Of a stretch of 64,000 nucleotides of DNA, positions 37,096 through 45,950 are shown piece by piece (the stretch's first letter is position 1; each line of letters begins with the position of its first letter). This DNA comes from Bacteroidota bacterium (GTDB lineage: Bacteria; Bacteroidota; Ignavibacteria; Kapaibacteriales; UBA2268): assembly GCA_024278075.1 (NCBI GenBank), contig JAJRTW010000155.1, positions 4,191-68,190 on the forward strand. Direction: 5' to 3'. Under the pieces are notes generated by a model. It ran no database searches and was not told the DNA's origin. It worked only from the letters and a program-made list of their open reading frames with translations. The position numbers and the translations under genes are program-made.

Positions 37096-37400
37096 AAAAA
37101 CTTCAATTAATGTCGGACGTGCCGGATACGATCATAAAGGCTCTTGAGCAGATTAAGTTCGAGAAACTGCACGAAGCACAACGTGCGGGACTTATTTACG
37201 GCATGATAAATTTTATTCAGCAAAGCGGGTATCCGTATAAATCGGCTGACGTTGAATCGGAAACTATAAATACGATTATTCCGGCAGAGATGATCGACAC
37301 GATTAATCACCTGGATTTCAAGAAAATGACATCGGCACAGGTCAGGGTATTAAGGGAAAATATTATTAAGAGAACACCACAAAACTGGATAAGAATATGA
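37092..37400 (+). CDS. Hypothetical protein
   Basis: 102 aa; ATGA overlap with the upstream gene. Confidence 0.35.
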   Translation: MKKLQLMSDVPDTIIKALEQIKFEKLHEAQRAGLIYGMINFIQQSGYPYKSADVESETINTIIPAEMIDTINHLDFKKMTSAQVRVLRENIIKRTPQNWIRI

Positions 37401-37741
37401 ACGAGGAAAACGACGGTAATGGAATGAGCAGGGAAGAACATATGAAGAAGAAGAAAAGGCGTATCGATCATAATAAATTTGCCATTCTGTTTATGGTAAT
37501 CAATACGTTGTTTCTGCTTTATGTGATTGGATATACACATATTTCTTGGGATATGCTGGCATCGAAGATGTTCAACGTTTCGTTATATACGGTAATATTG
37601 TTTCTAATGATGAGATTTTTTAAGTCAAAATATGCAAGTACGACAAATAAGCTATGGGCCAATCCTATTGCTGTTGGTGTTTTCTTTATGGGCTATGCCA
37701 TTGGCCTCGGCCTCATACTCGCTGGCGGATCGAGCGTGTGA
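37397..37741 (+). CDS. Holin-like 3-TM small membrane protein
   Basis: 114 aa with three TM helices, sitting immediately before the CHAP peptidase. Confidence 0.4.
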   Translation: MNEENDGNGMSREEHMKKKKRRIDHNKFAILFMVINTLFLLYVIGYTHISWDMLASKMFNVSLYTVILFLMMRFFKSKYASTTNKLWANPIAVGVFFMGYAIGLGLILAGGSSV

Positions 37742-38327
37742 CAAGGCTCTTGAGTTCGACGGCATTAGAGAAACACCTGGCAAACAGAATACATCCCCTA
37801 TTATTGATAAAATGATTAAGCGGGGCGGCGGCCGGATTGGCTGGCCATGGTGCATGTACTTCGTTTACTATGTAGTAGATGAAGTATGCAGCACGCTCGA
37901 AATCGACAATCCATTGAAAAGAACGGGCAGTGTGGCCGCACAGCTTCATTTTGCCGAGCAGAATTATAGGAAAGGCCTGAAAGTTATCTACCCTTTTGAA
38001 TCGTATGCGAAATTCAAATCAATGAAAGGGGACATTCTGATCTTCAGGAAAGGGGGCAGCCTGAAGAAAAGCAGCCTGAAGGGACGATGGAACGGACATA
38101 CGGCTTTTGTTGTTAGTCAGATTAATGACAATCTGCTTGCTACGATTGAGGGCAACACTAACAAAAGAGGCTCCCGTGAGGGCGACGGAGTATATCGCAA
38201 AACACGTAAGATCAAATCGACAGGCCGGTTGAAATTAGGAGCGATTGTCAGAATGGAAATTACGATAGAAATTACGGTAGATATACCGGATTATGTGAAA
38301 ATACCATGTGATTTAGTGAGGAAATGA
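37632..38327 (+). CDS. Secreted CHAP-domain peptidoglycan hydrolase (endolysin candidate)
   Basis: Signal peptide MQVRQISYGPILLLLVFSLWAMPLASA. CHAP motifs are 'GWPWCMYFVYY' (Cys) and 'NGHTAFVV...IEGN' (His). The annotated start overlaps the holin-like ORF by 110 nt; an alternative start is at 37695. Confidence 0.55.
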   Translation: MQVRQISYGPILLLLVFSLWAMPLASASYSLADRACDKALEFDGIRETPGKQNTSPIIDKMIKRGGGRIGWPWCMYFVYYVVDEVCSTLEIDNPLKRTGSVAAQLHFAEQNYRKGLKVIYPFESYAKFKSMKGDILIFRKGGSLKKSSLKGRWNGHTAFVVSQINDNLLATIEGNTNKRGSREGDGVYRKTRKIKSTGRLKLGAIVRMEITIEITVDIPDYVKIPCDLVRK

Positions 38328-38328
38328 A

Positions 38329-39894
38329 ATGATAACAACACCACAAACACCGAGCTTTAATTTAGTACGCTACGCACCGGACGTGGACGATACCCTCATC
38401 GCCGACGGGTATATATTGAAATGGGACGACGCTAACAGCAAGTTCGTCTTTGGTGCCGAATCTTCGGGACTGCCTGCGGGTAGTTCAGGCGAGACTTTAT
38501 ACCATGATGGTTCTGATTGGGTAGTAAATAGTCTTTTCTTAAATAATGGGAGTCAAATTGGGGTTGGTGTTGCTCCATCATCAATAGGGTTCCAAATAGT
38601 TTATGATAATTCTAACTGGGATGCATTAAAAGCACATAATATTTCTGGTAGAGCAATTCAGGGGGTCACAGAGAATGGTTATGGTCTTGTTGGTTCAATA
38701 GGCAATGCTGGCACTGGTTCAGCAATTCTATCTTATATAAATTCAGTAAATGCAGTTGACTTTCTTGAATGTCGCTATAATCTTGTTCCTGAAATTCGTG
38801 CAAGAATAGCGGCCGATGGATCATTCTATTCTCTCCCCCTCAAAACACAGCCATCCCATCCGGGGGCATACAAATCATTATTCGTGGACACTTCCACCGG
38901 CCAAATCTATTCGCAGGATGTGCCGGTCGGCGGTGGGGGTGATCTGTTAGCTGACGGCACAATCCCGCTAACGGCGAATTGGGACGCAGGCGGATTCAAA
39001 ATCACGGCACAGCAGTTGGAATCTGACATTGTCACAGGCACAGCCCCGTTCGTTGTGGCTTCGACAACGGTAGTAACGAACTTAAATGCAGATACGGTCG
39101 ATGGCGTTGAGGGTGCGGATATAAACGCTAACACAACTCATAGGGGATTAACCAATAACCCTCATTCAGTCACAAAGGCACAAGTTAGTTTAACGAATGT
39201 AACTGATGAAGCACAAATAGCAAAATCTCTCGGCACGACTAAAGGCGATATTATCGTATTTACAGGGTCAGCAATTCCGGCACGTGAGGCTATCGGTGCA
39301 AACGATACGGTTCTAACAGCCGATTCGGCACAGGCAAGCGGAATAAAATGGGCTGCTCCTGCAGGCGGCGGGGCGTTCACAGCTTTAACCACTGTAAATT
39401 CAGATGTTGAAAATACGGCTTCTGCAATAGACGCTGTTAAGATTACGATACCAGCCGATGATTGGGCAGATGGTGAAACGATATTTATGATGTTTAGAAT
39501 AACAACATTGCAAAATTCTGGGGCGTCAATAAGTTTAAGAGAAATATTCAAATATGGTTCACAGGACTTATTCAACGAGGCTGCTAATGTGAGTAGCAGC
39601 ACATTTGAGGGGAGTTCAAGTAGATACTTTATTGCAACCAGAGTTGGAAGTACAATTTGGTATTCAACACAATCATTAACGAGCGAAGCATTTACGGGCT
39701 TTAGGATTCAAGATAAAATTCCTAACGATTATTATTCCCTTGATAATTCAAGTGTGAGGCAAGGCCGCCGCACAGTTCAAGTTTTCAACTCGCAAAAAGA
39801 TTTGGTGCTTAATTTGCAATGGGGTTCGGCAAATGCGAATGCTTATGTAAGAATCGAACAATCTCACGCTTACAAAATCGGAGGCACGGTATAA
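38329..39894 (+). CDS. Tail-fibre / receptor-binding-like protein
   Basis: 521 aa, Gly/Ser/Thr-rich and beta-rich. The N-terminus 'TPSFNLVRYAPDVDDTLIADGYILKWDDANSKFVFG' is reminiscent of phage fibre adaptors. Tentative. Confidence 0.3.
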   Translation: MITTPQTPSFNLVRYAPDVDDTLIADGYILKWDDANSKFVFGAESSGLPAGSSGETLYHDGSDWVVNSLFLNNGSQIGVGVAPSSIGFQIVYDNSNWDALKAHNISGRAIQGVTENGYGLVGSIGNAGTGSAILSYINSVNAVDFLECRYNLVPEIRARIAADGSFYSLPLKTQPSHPGAYKSLFVDTSTGQIYSQDVPVGGGGDLLADGTIPLTANWDAGGFKITAQQLESDIVTGTAPFVVASTTVVTNLNADTVDGVEGADINANTTHRGLTNNPHSVTKAQVSLTNVTDEAQIAKSLGTTKGDIIVFTGSAIPAREAIGANDTVLTADSAQASGIKWAAPAGGGAFTALTTVNSDVENTASAIDAVKITIPADDWADGETIFMMFRITTLQNSGASISLREIFKYGSQDLFNEAANVSSSTFEGSSSRYFIATRVGSTIWYSTQSLTSEAFTGFRIQDKIPNDYYSLDNSSVRQGRRTVQVFNSQKDLVLNLQWGSANANAYVRIEQSHAYKIGGTV

Positions 39895-40274
39895 TGGATA
39901 TTAATACTATAACGAAACATTTGATAGAGCAAGGGCAATTACAACCCATGCCAGAAGGCATTACTCAAAGGACTTATGAAGACTTGGTAAGGACTTCCGA
40001 AGGCAAGAACTGGACGCCGCCGACAAAGAAAAAATTATCAGATACTTGGAAAATCATAGAACCTGATATAAAAGCAGCCGAGCAATTAATTCAGAAAAGA
40101 GAAAAGTTTATATCTGATAGGCAAACTGCTTATGAACAAGTAGGCGTTACACAAGAGACTTTACTTGAAGCCTTAGTGGAAAAAGTAGCAGAAAACAGAC
40201 CGGAGAAATTAAACGCTCTGCAAATTAAACGAAATAAGGTGAAAACTGATATACCGAAACCAACGGGAATTTAA
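39894..40274 (+). CDS. Hypothetical protein
   Basis: The start was moved to ATG 39894 (TAATG overlap with the upstream stop). SD 'ggagg' at -12. Confidence 0.4.
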   Translation: MDINTITKHLIEQGQLQPMPEGITQRTYEDLVRTSEGKNWTPPTKKKLSDTWKIIEPDIKAAEQLIQKREKFISDRQTAYEQVGVTQETLLEALVEKVAENRPEKLNALQIKRNKVKTDIPKPTGI

Positions 40275-40380
40275 TATCAATATTATGAGGTGAAATGATG
40301 TTTTGGCTTGGCATAGGTATCGGAATAGTTATCGGCATAGTAATCACATTAGTGATTAGATTTATGATCTCAACAACCGA

Positions 40381-40689
40381 ATGGCATTAAGCAATTTAAC
40401 AGGAGAAGAAATGCAAAACACAGCAAAAACCAACGGCACGGCATTCACCGAAGAAGAAATCAAAAGAATGCAAGAGCAAATTGAAGATGAAAAGAAAAAA
40501 GAGGAAGAACGGGCAACGGAATGCTGGGATAAAATTCAAGCTATCCTCGAAGAATACGATCTGGAATTAACAACATTCGCCGGGCGGCAGCACATAGCGG
40601 AAATCACTAAGCAAATGATACTCGACCCGACGATACCGGGTGCGATGCTTGACATTAAAATCGGGAAAAAACAGGCGGTCAAAGCATGA
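40381..40689 (+). CDS. Hypothetical acidic protein
   Basis: 102 aa. Confidence 0.35.
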   Translation: MALSNLTGEEMQNTAKTNGTAFTEEEIKRMQEQIEDEKKKEEERATECWDKIQAILEEYDLELTTFAGRQHIAEITKQMILDPTIPGAMLDIKIGKKQAVKA

Positions 40690-40741
40690 GAACGGCTATA
40701 TTATTCAGGACTTATCAGATAAAATTAATAGGAGATTAGAC

Positions 40742-41038
40742 ATGAATATAGTAAATGAATTAAGAGATGAAATTGTAAAAATAGCGAAATCAAAACGATT
40801 AGGCATCCGCTTTACTGAAGCAAGCACGAGCGGTGCCGGCTATGGAAAAACATCTAAGATATTATTGTTCCCAATTAATGATCCACCCTGGGGTGTCCGA
40901 AGCAAAAGTGTTATAAAATACTGGAAATCCAACCAGGGTAAAAATGTAGGTACAACTAAAAATTCTGAACGATACAGAATATATCAAAAAGTAAAAATAT
41001 TCTTAAAAAGATATAAACCATCGAAAAAAACAAAATAG
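40742..41038 (+). CDS. Hypothetical basic protein
   Basis: The start was moved to the ATG preceded by the SD 'taggagatt'. Confidence 0.35.
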   Translation: MNIVNELRDEIVKIAKSKRLGIRFTEASTSGAGYGKTSKILLFPINDPPWGVRSKSVIKYWKSNQGKNVGTTKNSERYRIYQKVKIFLKRYKPSKKTK

Positions 41039-41049
41039 GCAGCAAAAGT

Positions 41050-41808
41050 ATGAGAACGGCTATATTATTCAGGGCTTATGACATGGATCAATCTACGTTG
41101 CTCCATTATTCGCAGTTGCAGAAGCAATGCAAGCACGTCCACATGCTCTACGACGCTACGGACAAACAGCCGGTTCACACAACGCTTGGTATGAATTTCA
41201 CCGAAGACGATTACCGCAAATCGGGTTATCCGTTGGCCACACTAAAGCAGATAGACGAAATGCCATCTGCACCAAAAAGTTCGCAACTGATATATTACAA
41301 CCCTGAAATATCTGTGCTATTGTTTTATAAGCAAAATCCGGGTTATGATTATTATCTGTCGCTCGAAAGTGATGTTATGTTCAATGGCGACTGGAACACG
41401 TTTCTTGATGCCATTGCGAAAGATGACAGCGATTTACTGGGGACATACACTACCCACGGGTGGGAGCGTGATCCCGAAACATTGAATTTCGATGTAGCGA
41501 ACAAACACAAAGAAATTATGTTCGGGCCGGTTCAGAGATATTCAAATAAGATGCTTGAAACTTTACATAAAGAGTATAAATCCGGCAAGCACGGTTTCTA
41601 TGAAGCGGTTGTACCGACAATAGCATTGATAAACGGGCTTTCGGTAAGCAATTTCGGGAAAGCAACTGGCAGGCAGTTCTACCACCCATTTACAATGTGC
41701 GGACATTACGTCCCTGCCTGGCAGGACATGATCGACATGGATAAATGGAAAAATCATCTTTTCCACCCGGTTAAAGACGAATTTTATAAGAATGCGGAGG
41801 CGGCCTAA
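41050..41808 (+). CDS. Hypothetical protein
   Basis: 252 aa. Its first 24 nt 'atgagaacggctatattattcagg' are duplicated at 40686. Confidence 0.4.
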   Translation: MRTAILFRAYDMDQSTLLHYSQLQKQCKHVHMLYDATDKQPVHTTLGMNFTEDDYRKSGYPLATLKQIDEMPSAPKSSQLIYYNPEISVLLFYKQNPGYDYYLSLESDVMFNGDWNTFLDAIAKDDSDLLGTYTTHGWERDPETLNFDVANKHKEIMFGPVQRYSNKMLETLHKEYKSGKHGFYEAVVPTIALINGLSVSNFGKATGRQFYHPFTMCGHYVPAWQDMIDMDKWKNHLFHPVKDEFYKNAEAA

Positions 41809-42254
41809 TGGACACGACAATAATAGCAGCATTAATATCGGGTTTCTTTGCCATTGTTACAATTGCCTGGGCATTGCTCGAAAGGAGCAAAAATAAAACA
41901 TTAACAACACAAATTGAGGACAGCAAATCTACTCAAGGAGAAATATTGGACAAGCTCTCAATGCTCAAAAACGACCTGGCAAAACAGATAAAAGAAATTC
42001 AAACTGAATTCAATAAGGAACTCAAAAGGATTGAAGAAAAAACGGCAACGAACACAGAAAAACTTGTCAAAGAATTGAATAATCATATCAACGAAATATT
42101 AAGTAAGATCAATTTGGTTCATATCAAAACAGTCGAAGATAAGAAAGAACTGGAGGCGATGAAAGAGGATGTAAAACACTTGAAATCACTTTATAAAGAA
42201 GTTGCATCGGTTAAAGTAAGCATTGCTCAATTACGGGAGAAATTGAATAAATGA
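41808..42254 (+). CDS. N-terminal TM plus coiled-coil protein
   Basis: 148 aa; TM 'IIAALISGFFAIVTIAWALL' followed by a heptad-rich region. Confidence 0.4.
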   Translation: MDTTIIAALISGFFAIVTIAWALLERSKNKTLTTQIEDSKSTQGEILDKLSMLKNDLAKQIKEIQTEFNKELKRIEEKTATNTEKLVKELNNHINEILSKINLVHIKTVEDKKELEAMKEDVKHLKSLYKEVASVKVSIAQLREKLNK

Positions 42255-42955
42255 GGATTACCAAGTTCGGATATGAAATGATTAAGCAGGCTTCGGCAGA
42301 CGTAACGCCGGAGAATATATGCTATGAAGTCACATCAAACCGTGGCGGCTGTATTGACCAGTTGAAATGCGAATACCTCGGCAATGTGGATTATTGTTAT
42401 TCGGACAGGGTCAGCAACGAGGCGTATTGTGCTATTGTACTGTGGACATGGGGAATGCGTGCTATTCGTGCATTAGGCTACTCTGACGAATTATGGATGA
42501 AAAATAAAACAATGGGTGCGTTGGATATGCTGAACAGGGCAAGGAAAACTGGTATTGAAATCACAACCGACCCACAGCCAGGCGACGGCTTCTACCGTAA
42601 AAGCGGTGCCGCTGGTTCATCCGGCCACACAGGGCTTGTGGTTGCCGTAGAACCGGAGAAGAAAATATTCCACACCATCGAGGGCAATAACGTATTTTAC
42701 TACCTCGGCAAGCGATACGAGGGAGTATGGGGCTGGAATTATCCATACGGATACATAGCAAAGAAGGGGTTCAAGTTTATGAAATATCAGAATATCTTCG
42801 ATAATAAATTAATCAGTTACAATATGCAAACTAATGAAGCCGGGCTGACGGTTGCAGGCGATTCACACCAGTTCAATATGGCCAGTATGGGAACATACGC
42901 AGGGATCGCATTACTCGCAGGTGCCGGGATAACTAAATATATGGGGAAATGGTAA
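42251..42955 (+). CDS. CHAP/NlpC-P60-like peptidase domain protein (second copy)
   Basis: 'SGHTGLVVAV...FHTIEGNN' parallels 'NGHTAFVVSQ...LATIEGNTN' of the 37632 gene, and 'EAYCAIVLWTW' is the Cys-motif candidate. No signal peptide, so it is possibly virion-associated. Confidence 0.45.
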   Translation: MRITKFGYEMIKQASADVTPENICYEVTSNRGGCIDQLKCEYLGNVDYCYSDRVSNEAYCAIVLWTWGMRAIRALGYSDELWMKNKTMGALDMLNRARKTGIEITTDPQPGDGFYRKSGAAGSSGHTGLVVAVEPEKKIFHTIEGNNVFYYLGKRYEGVWGWNYPYGYIAKKGFKFMKYQNIFDNKLISYNMQTNEAGLTVAGDSHQFNMASMGTYAGIALLAGAGITKYMGKW

Positions 42956-42956
42956 T

Positions 42957-43802
42957 ATGGCAAAGAGGCAAAAGAAGGAAGAGAGGCTGAAGCGGATCAT
43001 TGTGACACCGGCAGGGCGGCGACGCTATCTGAAAATACTAATGAATAATCTCGATAAAGAGATTAAACATTTCGACGAATGGCACTTGTGGATGAACACC
43101 ACAGACAAAGAGGATTTGAAATATATTAGGAAAATAGCGAGGGAAAACGATTGGATCAAGGCGATTAAATGCCCCGTTGATGTTTATAAAACGCTTACGA
43201 TAAGTAAGTTCTTCCCGGTGGACGCTGTTGATCCCGACGCTGTTTATCTGCGGTTGGACGATGACATTTGCTGGATAGCACTTGGGGCTGTGGACAAAAT
43301 GTTCACCTTCCGGATTGACAATCCTGAATATATGCTTGTGTTCGGCAATATTGTGAACAATGCAGTTTGCGGCCATCTTCATCAACGTTTTGGTGTGAAT
43401 GGCTATGAACACGGCAAAAACGGCTATGCCTGCATGGATACTGTCGGTTGGTACAAGCCTGAGTATGCAGAGATGGTGCATAATAATTTTCTGGACAGAA
43501 TGAAAAATCTGGGATTGGGGCAATATATATTCCCACGTTGGGAACTTTGGGACTACGAACGCTTTTCAATTAATGTAATGAGTTGGCTTGGAAAGGATTT
43601 TGCGAAATTCGGCGGCAAGGTAGATCAGGACGAAGAACCCTGGCTGACACATACATTGACTAAGGATAACGAGAGGATTGCCTGTATTAATGGCGAAGCG
43701 TTGTTTGTGCATTTCGCTTTCTATACGCAGCGGGAATTCCTTGAGAAGAATACCGATTTATTAAAGGAATATTATGATGCGAGTTTGTGCCGGTCGATAT
43801 AA
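42957..43802 (+). CDS. Hypothetical protein with DxD-like motif (possible glycosyltransferase)
   Basis: 281 aa with 'RLDDDICW'. Weak call. Confidence 0.3.
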   Translation: MAKRQKKEERLKRIIVTPAGRRRYLKILMNNLDKEIKHFDEWHLWMNTTDKEDLKYIRKIARENDWIKAIKCPVDVYKTLTISKFFPVDAVDPDAVYLRLDDDICWIALGAVDKMFTFRIDNPEYMLVFGNIVNNAVCGHLHQRFGVNGYEHGKNGYACMDTVGWYKPEYAEMVHNNFLDRMKNLGLGQYIFPRWELWDYERFSINVMSWLGKDFAKFGGKVDQDEEPWLTHTLTKDNERIACINGEALFVHFAFYTQREFLEKNTDLLKEYYDASLCRSI

Positions 43803-44320
43803 TGTATAAGTACGCACCGCATATTGTTGTTTTGATAATAGCCATTATTGCAATAGCGGTATTGCCGAAGTCGTGCGGGTCTGAAACGTTTGTGCCGGGC
43901 GAACCTATTGTTGTTTGGGACACGGTATATAAAGAAATCCCGGGCGAAGCGATATTCATTTATGACACAGTTTACAGGGAACGCAAAATCTATATACCGG
44001 CAGAGGCCGATTCGACACAAACTTACGAGTTCCTTAATCTGATTGATTCTTTGCAGGCGAAGCTCAGGGCTATGAATGTGGAACGAATTGCCGAGTTGGA
44101 TACGATTGTTCCGCCGGACACGATTAGCATCAAATATTGGGAATTCAAAAGCCATTGGCTCGTGGACATACGGCGTGGCAGCAGGATTGTAAGGATACCA
44201 AGCAAAACGATATATGTACCATTTGAGAAGCAAATATGGTACAATGAAACATGGTTTAAAGTTTTGTCACATATCGGGGCGGTGTATGTCGGCTATGAAG
44301 CGGGAAAGGGAACGAGATAA
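43787..44320 (+). CDS. Hypothetical N-terminal-TM protein
   Basis: 177 aa with TM 'IVVLIIAIIAIAVL'. Confidence 0.35.
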   Translation: MPVDIMYKYAPHIVVLIIAIIAIAVLPKSCGSETFVPGEPIVVWDTVYKEIPGEAIFIYDTVYRERKIYIPAEADSTQTYEFLNLIDSLQAKLRAMNVERIAELDTIVPPDTISIKYWEFKSHWLVDIRRGSRIVRIPSKTIYVPFEKQIWYNETWFKVLSHIGAVYVGYEAGKGTR

Positions 44321-44366
44321 CTATTTATACTAAGCATTTAATTAATCATTGTCTAAATAAATCAAG

Positions 44367-44552
44367 GTGAACGACATGGCTGCAAGACGCAGAACTAAAA
44401 AGAGCAAACTCTCCAACTTGGAAATATTTGGAGTTGGTGTTGTATTATTCGGATTGACCTACGGAGGCAAGCTGATGTTTGACAAAAATAAGGAGAAGAA
44501 AGCTATCGAATCTCCGGGTGTATCGGGCTATAATTACAGAATGTCCGGATAA
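44367..44552 (+). CDS. Small TM protein
   Basis: 61 aa with the TM 'IFGVGVVLFGLTYGG'. SD 'aaggtga' upstream. Confidence 0.35.
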   Translation: MNDMAARRRTKKSKLSNLEIFGVGVVLFGLTYGGKLMFDKNKEKKAIESPGVSGYNYRMSG

Positions 44553-44583
44553 ACTATAACATTTTACATAAAGGAACACCACT

Positions 44584-45852
44584 ATGGTCGAATCATGCGG
44601 ATTAAGTGATTCCTTCGTTGAGGACAAATCCAAACAGATTAACAGGGCCTTGAAAATGCTCAAGGCCCCGTTCTTCCGGGACTGTTCGAGACTTGGAAAC
44701 ACACGGAATAAAAAGCAATTCAGAATAACCTGGGGACGATTCACCGGTTCTTGTTCATTAGGGCAAAAAACACGGTGGGAATCGGAAAAGAATATCACTA
44801 AATGGCTCAAGAAGAATCTTGGCGTGTCATTGATAAAACTGAAGCGGAACCCAATCGGCTACGCCCAGGAAGTTATCAACAGGCGGAAGAAGAAAACCGC
44901 CGACGAAAAAGCTAAAGTTCTGGCCACCAGACAAGCGGCTAAAGCAAAGGTGTCTAAGCCGTCTAAAAAGAAAATGCCGAGGGTGTATCTGAAGACTACG
45001 GAAATGCGAAGACTAAAACGATTGAAGCCGTATAAATCGCAGGCCAGAAATGATACTCTTGTTGAATATCTGGATAAGAATTTCGGCAAACTGAAGAAGG
45101 CGTTCTACGAATACTACCGTGAAAAACCGAATTCAACGATTGACTTTATGGCTTTTGTTGTGCGTGAATTTGGCAAGAAAGGTTATGTTAAAAGTCCAGA
45201 GAAAATGTCATCAAGAGAAAAAGACCGAATCGCTGAAGAAGATAAATTAATAGCTAAACTGGAAAAGAAGCACAAAAAGGAAGACAAATCACCACCAAAA
45301 AAAGCGAAAGCAAAAACTACTAAGAGAATGCCTATCGCTAACAAGGTAGAGGTTGGGGATTATGTTGATTTTGGTAAAAAAGGGAAATGGTATGTTCCTA
45401 ATCCAGATTTTTCGGCAACGCACATGCAAGGTGTCTCTAATAAGTCCGCAAGATATACAGGTGGGGCGGAATACGAGATATTGCATAGGAAGCATGTCAA
45501 AAGAATAATTGAGAAGGGCGATGAAAATGTTTGGCAAGTACAGATGGCCAAGAAAGAAAAAGCAGCAGATGCCAAAACGAAGCAATCTAAAAAAGGTGGA
45601 ACCACACCAACATCAAAGCCGGCTGCAAAGGATAACTGCCCGAAAAAGGAAATACCGAAAGCGAAAGTGAAAAAAGCTGCACCAAAACCAGAAGCGAAAA
45701 CTACTAAAAAGGCAAAGCCAATGAAAATAGTAACGAAACCGACAGCGATTGCCCCTGTGAAGAAAATATCCGACGAGGATAAAAAGGCACAGCAGGCAAT
45801 AAATCAAATAGCAGAATTACAGAAGATGTTGGAAAAATCACTTGCGAGTTAA
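44584..45852 (+). CDS. Highly basic Lys-rich protein (histone/H1-like DNA-binding candidate)
   Basis: 422 aa with long K/A/P-rich stretches (KKAKAKTTKR.., AKDNCPKKEIPKAKVKKAAPKPEAKTTKKAKP). Confidence 0.45.
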   Translation: MVESCGLSDSFVEDKSKQINRALKMLKAPFFRDCSRLGNTRNKKQFRITWGRFTGSCSLGQKTRWESEKNITKWLKKNLGVSLIKLKRNPIGYAQEVINRRKKKTADEKAKVLATRQAAKAKVSKPSKKKMPRVYLKTTEMRRLKRLKPYKSQARNDTLVEYLDKNFGKLKKAFYEYYREKPNSTIDFMAFVVREFGKKGYVKSPEKMSSREKDRIAEEDKLIAKLEKKHKKEDKSPPKKAKAKTTKRMPIANKVEVGDYVDFGKKGKWYVPNPDFSATHMQGVSNKSARYTGGAEYEILHRKHVKRIIEKGDENVWQVQMAKKEKAADAKTKQSKKGGTTPTSKPAAKDNCPKKEIPKAKVKKAAPKPEAKTTKKAKPMKIVTKPTAIAPVKKISDEDKKAQQAINQIAELQKMLEKSLAS

Positions 45853-45950
45853 ACTAATAAACAGAGATCACCCGGGAGGAACTCATCACTATAATTCAAC
45901 CACATATAGAACTCGCATTTGAAACCACATTCCGTAGTTATTCAAAATTA

